From: Terrimicrobiaceae bacterium
GTDB lineage: Bacteria; Verrucomicrobiota; Verrucomicrobiia; Chthoniobacterales; Terrimicrobiaceae
NCBI GenBank assembly: GCA_044342325.1
Contig: JBIIPZ010000016.1
Span: 1-64,000, forward strand
Reading direction: 5' to 3'
Length of the DNA stretch: 64,000 nt
This document shows, piece after piece, positions 49,159 through 59,400 of the stretch. Positions within the stretch are counted from its first letter, which is position 1. Each line of letters starts with the position of its first letter. The position numbers and the translations under genes are program-made. The notes beneath the pieces are model-generated. The model was given only the letters and a program-made list of their open reading frames with translations. It had not been told where the DNA came from and made no database searches.

Positions 49159-52100
49159 TCAGGCCTTGTCCAAATCCGGAGGCTCTGCAGGCGTGTGGCG
49201 AACGAGGAGAGCGTAGAGGACTGGCACAAGAAAGAGTGTGAGGAATGTGGAACTTATAAGTCCTCCGACAATGGCACGCGCCAACGGCGTGGCAGCTTCC
49301 GCGCCCCGACTCAGACCCATGGCCATAGGCGTCATTGCGAGCAGGGTGGCCAGGAATGTCATAAGGATGGGGCGGAAGCGCGTGGCGGCGGCCTCTCTCA
49401 TGGCCTCCCCGGCTCCAAGCCCGGATTCCCTGCGGCGGCGGTTCGCGAAATCCACAAGGAGCACGCCGTTATTCACCGCGATGCCGATGAGAAATGTTGC
49501 CCCGATGAGAGACTGCACATTGAGCGTTGTGCGCGTCAGGAAGAGCATCCAAAGCACTCCGATAAAGCCCAACGGAACGCTGAACATGATGACTCCTGGA
49601 GCAATCCAAGAGCGGAAAAGCGTAACCTGGAGCAGATAGACCTGCACCACGGCCAGCAGGATGCCAAAGCCCAACTGACGGAATGAATCGTTCATGCGCC
49701 CATACTCGCCCTTGAGATTGATTTGCAGCCCTTCGGGCAATTGGACTCCAGCGATGGCTTTTTGAACTTCCCCTGCGATGGAGGCGAGGTCGCGGCCCTC
49801 GGTGTTTACAAAGACATTGGCGACTCGTTTCAGACCGACATGGTTGATTTCGACCTCGCCATTGGTGCGCCGTGGTGTGACGAGAGTGCCCAGATTGATC
49901 GAGGTCTGTCGTCCCTTTGCTGATACAGGCATTGTTAAAATATCCTCCAATCGGCGATCCACATCCTCTGGGAATTGGACGCCGACGAAATATTGGTTTC
50001 CAGACTGTGAATCGATCCAGAAGTTCCTGTCCACCGAAACGCTGGAATTCAGGGCCACCACCACCTGAAGCACCACATCCTCCATCGCCAGTCCCTGCTG
50101 GGCGGCCTTGACGCGATCCACATCCAGCACGAGATACGGTGCATCGTCGCGTTGTTGGATGCGCACATCAGCTGTTCCTGGAATCGGGGCGACGAGGGCG
50201 CGAATCTGGCGCGCAGCGGCGAGGAGTTGCTGAGTTGTGCCGCCTTGAATCTCGATATCAATCGGCGAGGAACTGCCTTGATTCAGTGCGGTGGAAACCA
50301 TGCCGCCTGTGTCGAACTCAATCCTCAAATCCGCAAAAGCCGGTTCCTCCTGAAACGCCTTTCGGAGAAGAATAGCATATTCCTGGGCACTCTTGGTGCG
50401 CGAGGGAGTCAACTGCACGCGGATGATGGCATCCTGCTGGCCAGAGTTGGTTGTGTAGGCTGCCGACCAATCGGGATTCAGGCCCATCTCGGAGACGATC
50501 ATTTCCCTCTCGGATGCAGGGATGTTTTTTCGCAAAAATTCCTCCACCGTTTTGACCCGTTCCTCTGCGGCATTCAAGCGGAGGTTTGAGGGCGCGCGCA
50601 GGCGGAGGGTGATCTGACCGGCATCGACCTGCGGAAAAAACTCGCGTCCGATTTGAGGCAGGAGCAGGAGCGACCCGGCGAAGAGGAGTGCCATGGCGAC
50701 GATAAGTTTTGCCTTGTTTCCCAAACACCAATCCAGCGCCCGCAGGTAGTGCGCACCAAGACGGTCGATGCGAGACTGAAACCAGGCCGAAAATCTCGAA
50801 AAAATGGAAGCGCGACCTCCCTTGGAACGGTGTCCCTCAGGCAAAAATTTCGCACACATCATTGGCACAAAAGTCCGGGAGAGGAGAAATGAGGTCAGCA
50901 TGGCAAAGCCGAGTGCCAAGGTGAGAGGGCGAAAGAGAAAGCCACTGATGCCTGCCATAAAAGCCAACGGCGCGAGCACGAGCACCGTTGTGCAGGTGGC
51001 GACAAGCACGGGAATGAGGACCTCGCCGCACCCGTCGATGGCGGCCCGGAGGCGCGATTTGCCCATGGCATGGTTTCGATGATTGTTCTCCAACTCCACG
51101 ATCGCGTCGTCCACCAATGGCCCTATGGCCAAAGCAAGTCCGCTGAGGGTCATCAGATTCAGCGTGTTTCCTGTTGCAAAGAGTCCCAAGACCGCACCGC
51201 ACAAGGAAAGAGGAATGGATAAAGTGGCGATGACTGTCATACGCCAATCGCCAAGGAAAAGGAGAATCATGAGACAAACCAGCGCTATGCCGATGACTCC
51301 CTCAAGGGTGAGCGCACCGAGAGCCTTTCGCACCGCCACGGTCTGATCCATCACCAGGCGGAGCACTGTGCCCTTCGGCAGGCTTTGCTCCATGGAGGGA
51401 ATCAGTTTTTTGATATCTTCCACGACTCCCAGGCTGCTGGCCCCGCGCTGACGATAAATCGGAACAAACACTTCGTTTGCGTCATCGATACGAACGCGGG
51501 ATGTTTGGATCGTGGCGGCATCTTCCGCATTGCCGATGTCGCGGAGAAAAATCGTTTGAGCCAGGCCAAAAGTAATAGGCAGGGAGTTGAGTTCCTCCAC
51601 GCGGTTCACCATCGCGTTATTATCCAAAAGCATCTGATTCGGCCCGAAGTAGGCTGTCCCGGGCGAAACCATGAGGTTCCCCTTTTTGAGAGCGCCTACG
51701 ACATCCATCGGCACGAGATTTCTCGCCTCCATGCGTTTGGGATCGAGATAGATCATAACCGTGCGGTCGCGTCCGCCAACTACCACGGGAGCGATGCAGC
51801 CATTCACCGCGCCGAGCATGTTTCGGACTTCGATACGGGCGATGTCCTTTTGCCGCGCATCATCGAGGAACGGGTTGGTAACGGTTAAAATCCCGACAGG
51901 CAGCGTTCCTGTGGCATCGAATGGCAAGGCCACGGGCGGCAGAGTGTTGGGTGGCAGATTCGGCAGAGCACCCAGCGCGAGGGAGTTGACCAGTGTGAGT
52001 GCCTCGTTGGGATCGATATCGTCGCGGAAATAAACCTTCACCACGCTCACGCCCGGCACCGAGCGGGACTCCACCGAGCGGGCACCGGGAGCCTGGCTCA

Positions 52101-52311
52101 CCCAGCGTTCCATGCGATTGGTGATCGTCTTCTCGATAGCCGAAGCCGACATGCCGGGGTAGTAGGTCAGCACCTGAACCGCCGGAGCCTTGAACACAGG
52201 CAGGATATCCACCGGAATTTTTACTGCTGCAAGCACGCCCAGAATCAGGATTCCCAGCACTAAGGCCAGAACCATGTAGGGATTGCGCAGGGATGCCTTA
52301 ATGAGCCACAT
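49159..52311 (-). CDS. RND efflux permease (AcrB/CzcA superfamily)
   Basis: 1050 aa; IPVDILP, LAIGPLVDDAIVELEN, GIAVNNGVLLV, RFRPILMT, PLARAIVGGL. Confidence 0.95.
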   Translation of the reverse strand: MWLIKASLRNPYMVLALVLGILILGVLAAVKIPVDILPVFKAPAVQVLTYYPGMSASAIEKTITNRMERWVSQAPGARSVESRSVPGVSVVKVYFRDDIDPNEALTLVNSLALGALPNLPPNTLPPVALPFDATGTLPVGILTVTNPFLDDARQKDIARIEVRNMLGAVNGCIAPVVVGGRDRTVMIYLDPKRMEARNLVPMDVVGALKKGNLMVSPGTAYFGPNQMLLDNNAMVNRVEELNSLPITFGLAQTIFLRDIGNAEDAATIQTSRVRIDDANEVFVPIYRQRGASSLGVVEDIKKLIPSMEQSLPKGTVLRLVMDQTVAVRKALGALTLEGVIGIALVCLMILLFLGDWRMTVIATLSIPLSLCGAVLGLFATGNTLNLMTLSGLALAIGPLVDDAIVELENNHRNHAMGKSRLRAAIDGCGEVLIPVLVATCTTVLVLAPLAFMAGISGFLFRPLTLALGFAMLTSFLLSRTFVPMMCAKFLPEGHRSKGGRASIFSRFSAWFQSRIDRLGAHYLRALDWCLGNKAKLIVAMALLFAGSLLLLPQIGREFFPQVDAGQITLRLRAPSNLRLNAAEERVKTVEEFLRKNIPASEREMIVSEMGLNPDWSAAYTTNSGQQDAIIRVQLTPSRTKSAQEYAILLRKAFQEEPAFADLRIEFDTGGMVSTALNQGSSSPIDIEIQGGTTQQLLAAARQIRALVAPIPGTADVRIQQRDDAPYLVLDVDRVKAAQQGLAMEDVVLQVVVALNSSVSVDRNFWIDSQSGNQYFVGVQFPEDVDRRLEDILTMPVSAKGRQTSINLGTLVTPRRTNGEVEINHVGLKRVANVFVNTEGRDLASIAGEVQKAIAGVQLPEGLQINLKGEYGRMNDSFRQLGFGILLAVVQVYLLQVTLFRSWIAPGVIMFSVPLGFIGVLWMLFLTRTTLNVQSLIGATFLIGIAVNNGVLLVDFANRRRRESGLGAGEAMREAAATRFRPILMTFLATLLAMTPMAMGLSRGAEAATPLARAIVGGLISSTFLTLFLVPVLYALLVRHTPAEPPDLDKA

Positions 52312-52447
52312 GAGAGATCGGGTTTCTAAACAAAATAAAACTCAAGAGCTACAATCAAAACCAGCGCTGTTTTTCAATATTCCGAACTCGACGCAAAAAG
52401 CCCCATCTCTATAAAGAATCCTCTCCGCTTTTGCGGCAGCCTGTTTC

Positions 52448-53197
52448 ATGAAATCCAAGATGCACCTTCACAAATCAACCAACGGATTCATCCGTTCGCA
52501 TCTGGTTGGCCTCCTCGCAGGCATTGGACTCGCCTCCATCGCGATTTTCGGGAGGAACACCGTGGAGTCGGCCATGTCGTTCCTGAAGGAAATGCGCCAG
52601 GACGGCTATGCGACGACCGCCTCGGCAAGGGTGAGCGTTTCTGAAATCACCTTCGATACTTCCACCATGCCATTGCCGCCGAAATTCTGGCAGGAATCAG
52701 AGCCCTCTATCGGCGCTCCCCAGCTTTTTGAAGAGTCAACCACTCAACCGCCGCTGATCGTAACCTCTCTCCAGCAAAAATCGCTGCGAAATCCAGAAGT
52801 TGCAGTGGAGGAGCATCCGCTGCAAATAAACAAAACATCAGAACTCGAACCACACCCCTCGCCGACAGCTACACCGGTTCCCAAACCGGCATTCGACGCT
52901 AGCGCCCTCAAGAAGGCGCTTCACGAGAATCTTTCCTCCGTCTTCACCGGCGACCTCCCTTACATCCTTCTCAAATCAGGCGACCGCCTTTACGCGGGCT
53001 CCAAGCTCACCGAGGGCGTCACGCTCGAGGCCATCAGCCCCACAGCCATTCTCTGCACCACACCTGTGGGCATTTTAAAAATCGACTCGCAGCCGGATTC
53101 GGATTCGCTTGAGACCGCCACCGAAAATGAGAAATCCCCTCTCCCGCTGGATGTCCCAAAGAGTCCGGATGGTGCATCCGCTTCTCAGCCTCTGTAG
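52448..53197 (+). CDS. Membrane-anchored protein with an SctD/YscD-like C-terminal domain
   Basis: TM segment LVGLLAGIGLASIAIFG, Pro/Glu/Thr-rich linker, then LSSVFTGDLPYILLKSGDRLYAGSKLTEGVTLEAISPTAI. Confidence 0.6.
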   Translation: MKSKMHLHKSTNGFIRSHLVGLLAGIGLASIAIFGRNTVESAMSFLKEMRQDGYATTASARVSVSEITFDTSTMPLPPKFWQESEPSIGAPQLFEESTTQPPLIVTSLQQKSLRNPEVAVEEHPLQINKTSELEPHPSPTATPVPKPAFDASALKKALHENLSSVFTGDLPYILLKSGDRLYAGSKLTEGVTLEAISPTAILCTTPVGILKIDSQPDSDSLETATENEKSPLPLDVPKSPDGASASQPL

Positions 53198-53233
53198 CCG
53201 GGAATAATTCCTGCACAGCCTGTTCAAAAAACC

Positions 53234-55390
53234 TTGAGGAAATTCCTGAACAAACTCATCCCTCGGTCTTTTGCAGCCTGGTCACTCACCGCCATTGCCG
53301 CAGGCATTCTCTGCGGAGCCGTCTTTGGTCCTCGCTGCGCGGTGCTGAATCCACTGGGAGAAATTTTTGTTCGGGCCTACGCCCTCGTTTTGCTGCCCTA
53401 CCTGATTTTTGAGATCATCGGCATCTTCGGGGGCTTGAGGCGCGAGTCGCTTGTCGCGCTTGTGAGACATGGCGGCCTGACGCTCATAGGCATGCTTCTG
53501 CTTGGCGGTGCGGCGGTCGCGCTGCTTCCTCTCATGCTGCCACAATTGCTTTCCTCGCCGCTGTTCGACCCGGACATCCTCGAGGCGAGGCCCTCGGAAT
53601 CTCTCATCGAAGTCTTTCTGCCCTCGAATATCTTTGCCGCGATGGCCAAGGGAAATGTGCCTCCTGTGATGTTTTTCAGCATCGTGATCGGCATTATTTT
53701 GCAGAAAATGAAAAACAGGGAGGAGATCCTCAAGCTCGTCGAACCCCTGCGCAGCCTCTTTACGGAGATTTTCACTTTCGTCGCCAAAAAAGTCGCACCC
53801 TTCGGCATCTTTGCCTTCACAGCCAATGCGTTCGGTAACGCGCAGGGCAGCGATTTTGAGAGGTTGCTCGGTCTTTTAGCCATGCTCGTCGTGGGCTTCA
53901 TCGTTCTAGGTTTCATTATTCTGCCAGGCATCGTCTCAACCCTGACCCCCTATCGGCTGCCTCAAATGTGGAGCGTGCTACGCGATCCTTTGATCCTGGT
54001 CATCAGCACAGGAAATATCCTCATGGCCATGCCGCTCGTTATCGAGGGCCTGCGGCGGGTTTTGGTAGACGAGGCAAAAGACGAAGACCGTGAGGGAAGC
54101 GACTTTGCGGTCGTGGAAGCCCTTGTGCCTATCTGCTTCACCATGCTTGGGATCGGGCGGAATCTTCTCATGGTCATTTTTCCCTTTCTGGCGTGGTTTC
54201 ATGACACCCCTCTCTCCACCGGCGAGATCATGAGACACATCCCTTCCATTTTCGCTTCGGCCATGGGTGGTGCCCAGGCGGCTTTGCTTATGGAGCTGCC
54301 GCGGCTCGGACTCCCGGTCAATTTGCTTTCCATCTACCTAATCAATTCGCAATGGATTCTCCGGATATGCGAACCGCTCTCGCTCATTGGCACAATGACA
54401 GTGGCTTTCGTCTTGTTCGCGACCATGAATCGCAGGCTCGTGTTTCGGCCAGGCCGGGCCGTCCTTGTCTGCGTTGCTGCGGTATCCATCTCCATGCTCC
54501 TTGGCACTGCATGCCATCGCATTCTTGCCTCACAGCTCAAAGGCTTCGCTCACTCGCGGGAAATCGTCCTGTCCCGCCAGTCGCTACTAGACCTTCCAAA
54601 GCCAATCATTCTATCGAAGGAAAATCTGCCCGCACCCGCTCCAGTCAGTCTGGATGCCATAAAACAACGCGGCGTGCTCCGCGTGGGAGTGAAGTCCGAC
54701 TCCGTGCCTTGGGTTTACCGAAACCAAGCGGGCGATCTCGTCGGCTATGATGTAGATCTGCTCGCATCCCTGGCGGACGCCCTAAAAGTCCGGTTGGATT
54801 TGCTCGAAGGCAGCCCCTCGGAGCTCAAGCAGTGGCTCCTCCAAGGCCGAATCGACTGCGCCGCTGGTGGATTGCATGGCACTGGTCTGGCCACAATCGG
54901 AGACTTCTTTTATCTGCGCTATGAAAAAGCAACCCTCGCTGCTTTGGTTTCTGACAAGGGTTTGCGAAAACTGCAGGACGCAATCGGATCCCAAGACTCA
55001 AAGACCCTCCGCTTTGCAAGCCAAGGCCGACAGGAAATCTCCTCTGCTCTTCATCGAAGCGTGGAAACAATCCTATCCGAGGGAAAAAACCACAAGCACG
55101 CTGTTTTCCTTCCGATCCAAAGCAAAGGGGAGTTCCTCTCTGGCATGGATGACAAGTTCGACGCTCTTCTCACCAGTGCCGAGGCCGGATCCGCCTACGC
55201 AGTCATCCATCCCGAGACAACCATGCTTCCCATTTTCGGCACCGCCCTGTCCTCTGATATCGTCCTTGTTTTCCCAAAAACCGACGACCCCCTCTTGGAT
55301 TATGTGAGCGACTGGATTGTCGAAAATCAAAACCTTGACCTCCTCGAGCGTCTTAGGAATCACTGGATTTTATTCAAGCCAACAAAGTGA
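53234..55390 (+). CDS. Dicarboxylate/amino acid:cation symporter (DAACS) fused to a family-3 solute-binding domain
   Basis: N-terminal multi-TM region (AGILCGAVFG, FLPSNIFAAM, APFGIFA); C-terminal IKQRGVLRVG, GDLVGYDVDL. Confidence 0.88.
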   Translation: MRKFLNKLIPRSFAAWSLTAIAAGILCGAVFGPRCAVLNPLGEIFVRAYALVLLPYLIFEIIGIFGGLRRESLVALVRHGGLTLIGMLLLGGAAVALLPLMLPQLLSSPLFDPDILEARPSESLIEVFLPSNIFAAMAKGNVPPVMFFSIVIGIILQKMKNREEILKLVEPLRSLFTEIFTFVAKKVAPFGIFAFTANAFGNAQGSDFERLLGLLAMLVVGFIVLGFIILPGIVSTLTPYRLPQMWSVLRDPLILVISTGNILMAMPLVIEGLRRVLVDEAKDEDREGSDFAVVEALVPICFTMLGIGRNLLMVIFPFLAWFHDTPLSTGEIMRHIPSIFASAMGGAQAALLMELPRLGLPVNLLSIYLINSQWILRICEPLSLIGTMTVAFVLFATMNRRLVFRPGRAVLVCVAAVSISMLLGTACHRILASQLKGFAHSREIVLSRQSLLDLPKPIILSKENLPAPAPVSLDAIKQRGVLRVGVKSDSVPWVYRNQAGDLVGYDVDLLASLADALKVRLDLLEGSPSELKQWLLQGRIDCAAGGLHGTGLATIGDFFYLRYEKATLAALVSDKGLRKLQDAIGSQDSKTLRFASQGRQEISSALHRSVETILSEGKNHKHAVFLPIQSKGEFLSGMDDKFDALLTSAEAGSAYAVIHPETTMLPIFGTALSSDIVLVFPKTDDPLLDYVSDWIVENQNLDLLERLRNHWILFKPTK

Positions 55391-55455
55391 GAACGCCGAG
55401 CCCATTTTGCCTTGCAAACAGAGCAGAAGAGCAGAGCCTCCCCTCCCACTCCAAC

Positions 55456-55959
55456 ATGATGATCAAACCATTCGCAACCCTCACCGTTTTCCCACTTCTC
55501 CTCGCCACCTTGCAGGCGCAAACGCCAAAAGAAAACCAAGCCGCCAGCACAGTCACGAAAGCCACCAACGCCGCCGAAGCCGTCTTGAAAAAGCTCCCCT
55601 CCATCCCGGGCGCGGCCGATGCCAAGGTCATCAACATCCACATCGGCGACAACTACACCTTTGGATTCGACGAGGGAGTCGATGCCGAGGAGTGGGGCAT
55701 GACCGACAACCAAAATGAAAGCGGCCAAGCCGCAGCAGCAACCGGACAACCCGCCGCCGCCGCCACACCGAATGAAAAACCACCAGCCTATCGCAAGCTC
55801 GACTTCCGCAAGGGCGATGTGGTGCTCATCGCCACCGAGCAACCGGTGGACTCTCCCAAGCAGGTTGAATCCCCAACCGCCACAATAACTGCCCCTGAGA
55901 CTGGAGCTGCCCCGACTTCCACTCCCACCGCGCAACCAGTCCCCATTGCCACACCCTGA
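55456..55959 (+). CDS. Exported hypothetical protein with Pro/Thr-rich tail
   Basis: Signal-like MMIKPFATLTVFPLLLATLQA; tightly spaced with the next gene. Confidence 0.65.
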   Translation: MMIKPFATLTVFPLLLATLQAQTPKENQAASTVTKATNAAEAVLKKLPSIPGAADAKVINIHIGDNYTFGFDEGVDAEEWGMTDNQNESGQAAAATGQPAAAATPNEKPPAYRKLDFRKGDVVLIATEQPVDSPKQVESPTATITAPETGAAPTSTPTAQPVPIATP

Positions 55960-55975
55960 AGCTCATTAAAATCCG

Positions 55976-56434
55976 ATGAAACATTTGATTCGTTGCATTC
56001 TTGCAAGCACTCTACTCCTCTCATTTCAAGCCTGCGCGTCGCAGAGCAAAGTAAAAATCAAGGGCTATTCTGCGACGCCGATCGCCAAGCACGGCCAAGG
56101 CGATGCCAGCACAGCGGAATTCACGCGTGTTAAAACGATAAGCCTCGGTGAGTGGCTTAAAGTTCAGAAATTTGCCGCACAAAACGGCTATGATCTCCGC
56201 GAGCCTGAAGCACTCCGTATTTCTGGCAACGAAACCATATACCAAGTTACTTGGTGGGATGCCGTTAAATGGTGCAACGCCAAAAGCTCCATGCAGGGCC
56301 TGACGCCTGTCTATTATTATCGCGGCTCCGTCTTCAAGAAAGGATCCGGAAAACCAGAGATAGACCATCGTTCAAATGGCTATAAATGGATAACTTATCC
56401 AAATATGACGATTGCTAAAATCAACCTCTACTGA
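55976..56434 (+). CDS. Exported (possibly lipo-) protein with a truncated FGE-sulfatase/SUMF1-like domain
   Basis: Signal peptide ending FQAC; QVTWWDAVKWCNAKS, GLTPVYY, SNGY, but no RLPTEAEWE. Confidence 0.7.
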   Translation: MKHLIRCILASTLLLSFQACASQSKVKIKGYSATPIAKHGQGDASTAEFTRVKTISLGEWLKVQKFAAQNGYDLREPEALRISGNETIYQVTWWDAVKWCNAKSSMQGLTPVYYYRGSVFKKGSGKPEIDHRSNGYKWITYPNMTIAKINLY

Positions 56435-56476
56435 TCAAAGCGCGCCCGGCATGGGTGTTTATCCCATTCCTTTCAT

Positions 56477-59400
56477 CTAAGCAAAAACGGCAGTTTTGAT
56501 TGTATTCTGAAAAGTTAGCTTTTCGGAACCATTGATGATTGCAACCAGTTCATCGGATTTATCAAAAGCTCCATTTTTATTGGAGTCAAAGTAAAGCCCA
56601 TTTCCTGATACGCCTTTTACACCCGAGGATTTTAAGAAATAATTCTTAGCTTTTCCAGACAACTGAAGATTGTCCTCGCCAACGCTGAAATCCGTAATAA
56701 GCGCATAATCCTCGAGGCCGGCTTTTTTGCGATTTCCATCACTATAAAGTGATCCACCGGAACCGAGCACAAATCGATCTGCTCCACTTCCACCTGTCAG
56801 GATATCGATCTCGCCTTTTCCACGACCGCTTGCCGTGGAGCAACCAGTGAGTGTGTCTGTGCCCTCGCCTCCTGAAATGAAGTCGGAGCCGAGATCGCCC
56901 ACGAGAGCATTGGCGCCGGAATTGCCATAGATGGCATTGGCGCCGGAATTGCCATTCGCATTAATGTTTGCACTACCCATCAGCCTGAGTTCACGAAGAC
57001 CCTCAGGCATGCGATCGACGGTGCGGGATGTTTGCAGCACTGCGGGAACTGCACCAGGCGATCCTTCCACAACAATCTCTTCGATTCCAAAAGGAAGAGA
57101 GGAAAGAGCCACTGTGCTGTAAATGGTGTCGAAGCCGCCATCTCCATCCTCAAGAATCAAGACATCGGCGCTGGAAATGCGATAACTATCATTGCCAGCA
57201 CCTCCTCGAAGCGTGTCAGTCGATGATTCCGATACAAGCAGGTCATTTCCCAATCCGCCATCCAGGAGATTTGATCCAGATGATCCATAGAGGGAATCGT
57301 TGCCGAGATCGCCATAAAGCGTATCATTTCCTACGCCTCCGATGATTGAATCAGCCCCTGCGGCACCCTGGAGCTGGTCATCACCAAGCTCTCCAATGAT
57401 CGCATTGGAGAACGAATCACCGATCAGGATGTCATTGTAATCCGAACCCGCTAGGTTCTCGATGCCAATGAGCGTGTCACCGTCAGCATGTCCTCCAGAG
57501 AGGGAACCGGTAGTCAAGTTCACATATACCCCAGCGAAAGAGTGGTCATAGGTGACTAAGTCAGATCCGGATCCGCCTTCGATGAGGTCTGCGCCACGAC
57601 CGCCTTCCAGCGAATCATCGCCTTCCGCACCATACAAGAAGTCATTCCCACGATAGCCGAAGATGTAGTTTGCTGTCTTGCTACCAGTCAGGGTATCTCC
57701 TAACTCCGAACCGACGAGATTGTCGATACTGATCAGTGTATCCCCTGTGGCGTCACCACCGGCAGCTGTTCGTGTCGATAAATTGACCGCAACCGCCTCG
57801 GTGGATTCCATGTAGATGGCAAAATCACGACCGCCCTGACCATTTATTGTATCCGCACCTGCCCCACCCTCGAAGATATCGTCGCCCGCTCCGCCGTAGA
57901 GTGAGTCATTGCCGCCGAGTCCTTTGAAGACGAGACCTTGAGACCCTGCAACGATGGTGTCATCGTGCTGGGTTCCTTCAAATTGCTCGATATCAGTGAA
58001 GACATCGCCAGCTGCGGCGCTACCACTGTGGGTTCCAGTTGCAAAGTTCAGAAAAACACCTGACTCCGCCAATCGATAGGAAACAAGATCCAAACCGTCA
58101 TTTCCATCAACCCTGCTTATGCCTGCGCCGCTGATCTCAATAGTGTCATCTCCATCTTGTAGATTCCAAATCCATTCACCTGTTGCCGAGCTGGATACAA
58201 TATTAACACTTTTTTCAGGAGAATTGAAAGTTCCACTCTCCTCCACTGGAATGTAAACTTCCCTCTCATCAACTTGAGTCTTCACAACACCTGCAGGGGC
58301 CGTGGAACCCGCAAGGGCCATCGCTTGCGGGCCGGCAAGTTTATCAAGAATGGTGGAAAATTGGCCATTTTCATATTTGAGAAGATCCTCTGCCAAAAAT
58401 ACATATCTTCTCCTCATGGAGGCCCACCCCCAGTCGATACGCCCTTCAACAAAGCCTTCGAACGAAAGTCTACCGCTTGGATTCAAAAGCGCGAATGGAT
58501 CAAAAGTATCTCCAAAAACAAGAGCCAGCGATTCTCCGATACGCAATTTCCCGTCACTATTGGGATCGTTCAAACCGAAGGTCGCATTTCCATAAAGACC
58601 ACCGCCAGCAAAGATGGATGCAGATCCCACATTCAAGCCCGCGGAAAGCTCCGCACCGACTGTAACCCCCGCCTTGGTGAGATTCGAGTCGAGGTAGAGT
58701 CCGTCGATGGCCTTTACGGTGCTCCAGCCGATATCCTCACCATTGTAGTAGCCCTCGAGCGTTGACAAGAGACCATAAGTATCATATCCCCCTGCCAATT
58801 GGGCGAATGCATTAACAGACCCCGCCAATCTGCCTGCAATCGGCCCGTAGATCGGAAAATTTACTCCAAAATCGGCCGACAAATCCATTTTGGGAGTTTC
58901 GAAGGTGAAAACATCGCTGGGCTGGCCAAGAAGCAGATTGCCAACAAAAGTGAGAGGGTCATTGATGACCGGAAAGGAAAATTTGCCCGAGGAGAAATCT
59001 GCGGAGGCCTTGGCAAAGTCTTCGAATTTATCGGATTCCTTCCACCCTTGTTTTTTAAGGGCATCTTTAAAATCTTTTTCCGTTTTAACAACAGATACTT
59101 TTGTGGGATCAAAACTTTCTTCCCAGGCCTTCTGTGCATCTTGCAAAGATATTGAACCAAGTGTGACGATGCCGGATGAGGAAAAGGTCATCGCGTCTAC
59201 AAATTTATTGAACTGAGCAAGCCACTCAATAAATTGTCGTGTCGATTGATTTAGGGCACCCGTCGATTCGGCCAGTTGCAAAAGTGTGTAGGGCGCACCA
59301 AGGTTTTTTAAATCGGTGATTTCCACTGTGAGCGCATCCGTGAAACTCTTCGAAAAGGAGACGATGCCCTTGAGTTTCTGAAAATTTTCATAAATGAGGC

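Noticed and set aside
48082..52311. RND-MFP pair as the type I exporter for the RTX protein
   Set aside because: Type I secretion needs an ABC transporter and an HlyD adaptor with a long hairpin; this pair has neither
55976..56434. FGE-sulfatase domain as target of a diversity-generating retroelement
   Set aside because: No reverse transcriptase or template/variable repeat pair seen, and the C-terminal part that would hold the variable region is absent
57240..58100. Periodic repeats as a CRISPR array or DNA-level repeat
   Set aside because: They are degenerate coding repeats of RTX nonapeptides; no identical repeat-spacer pattern
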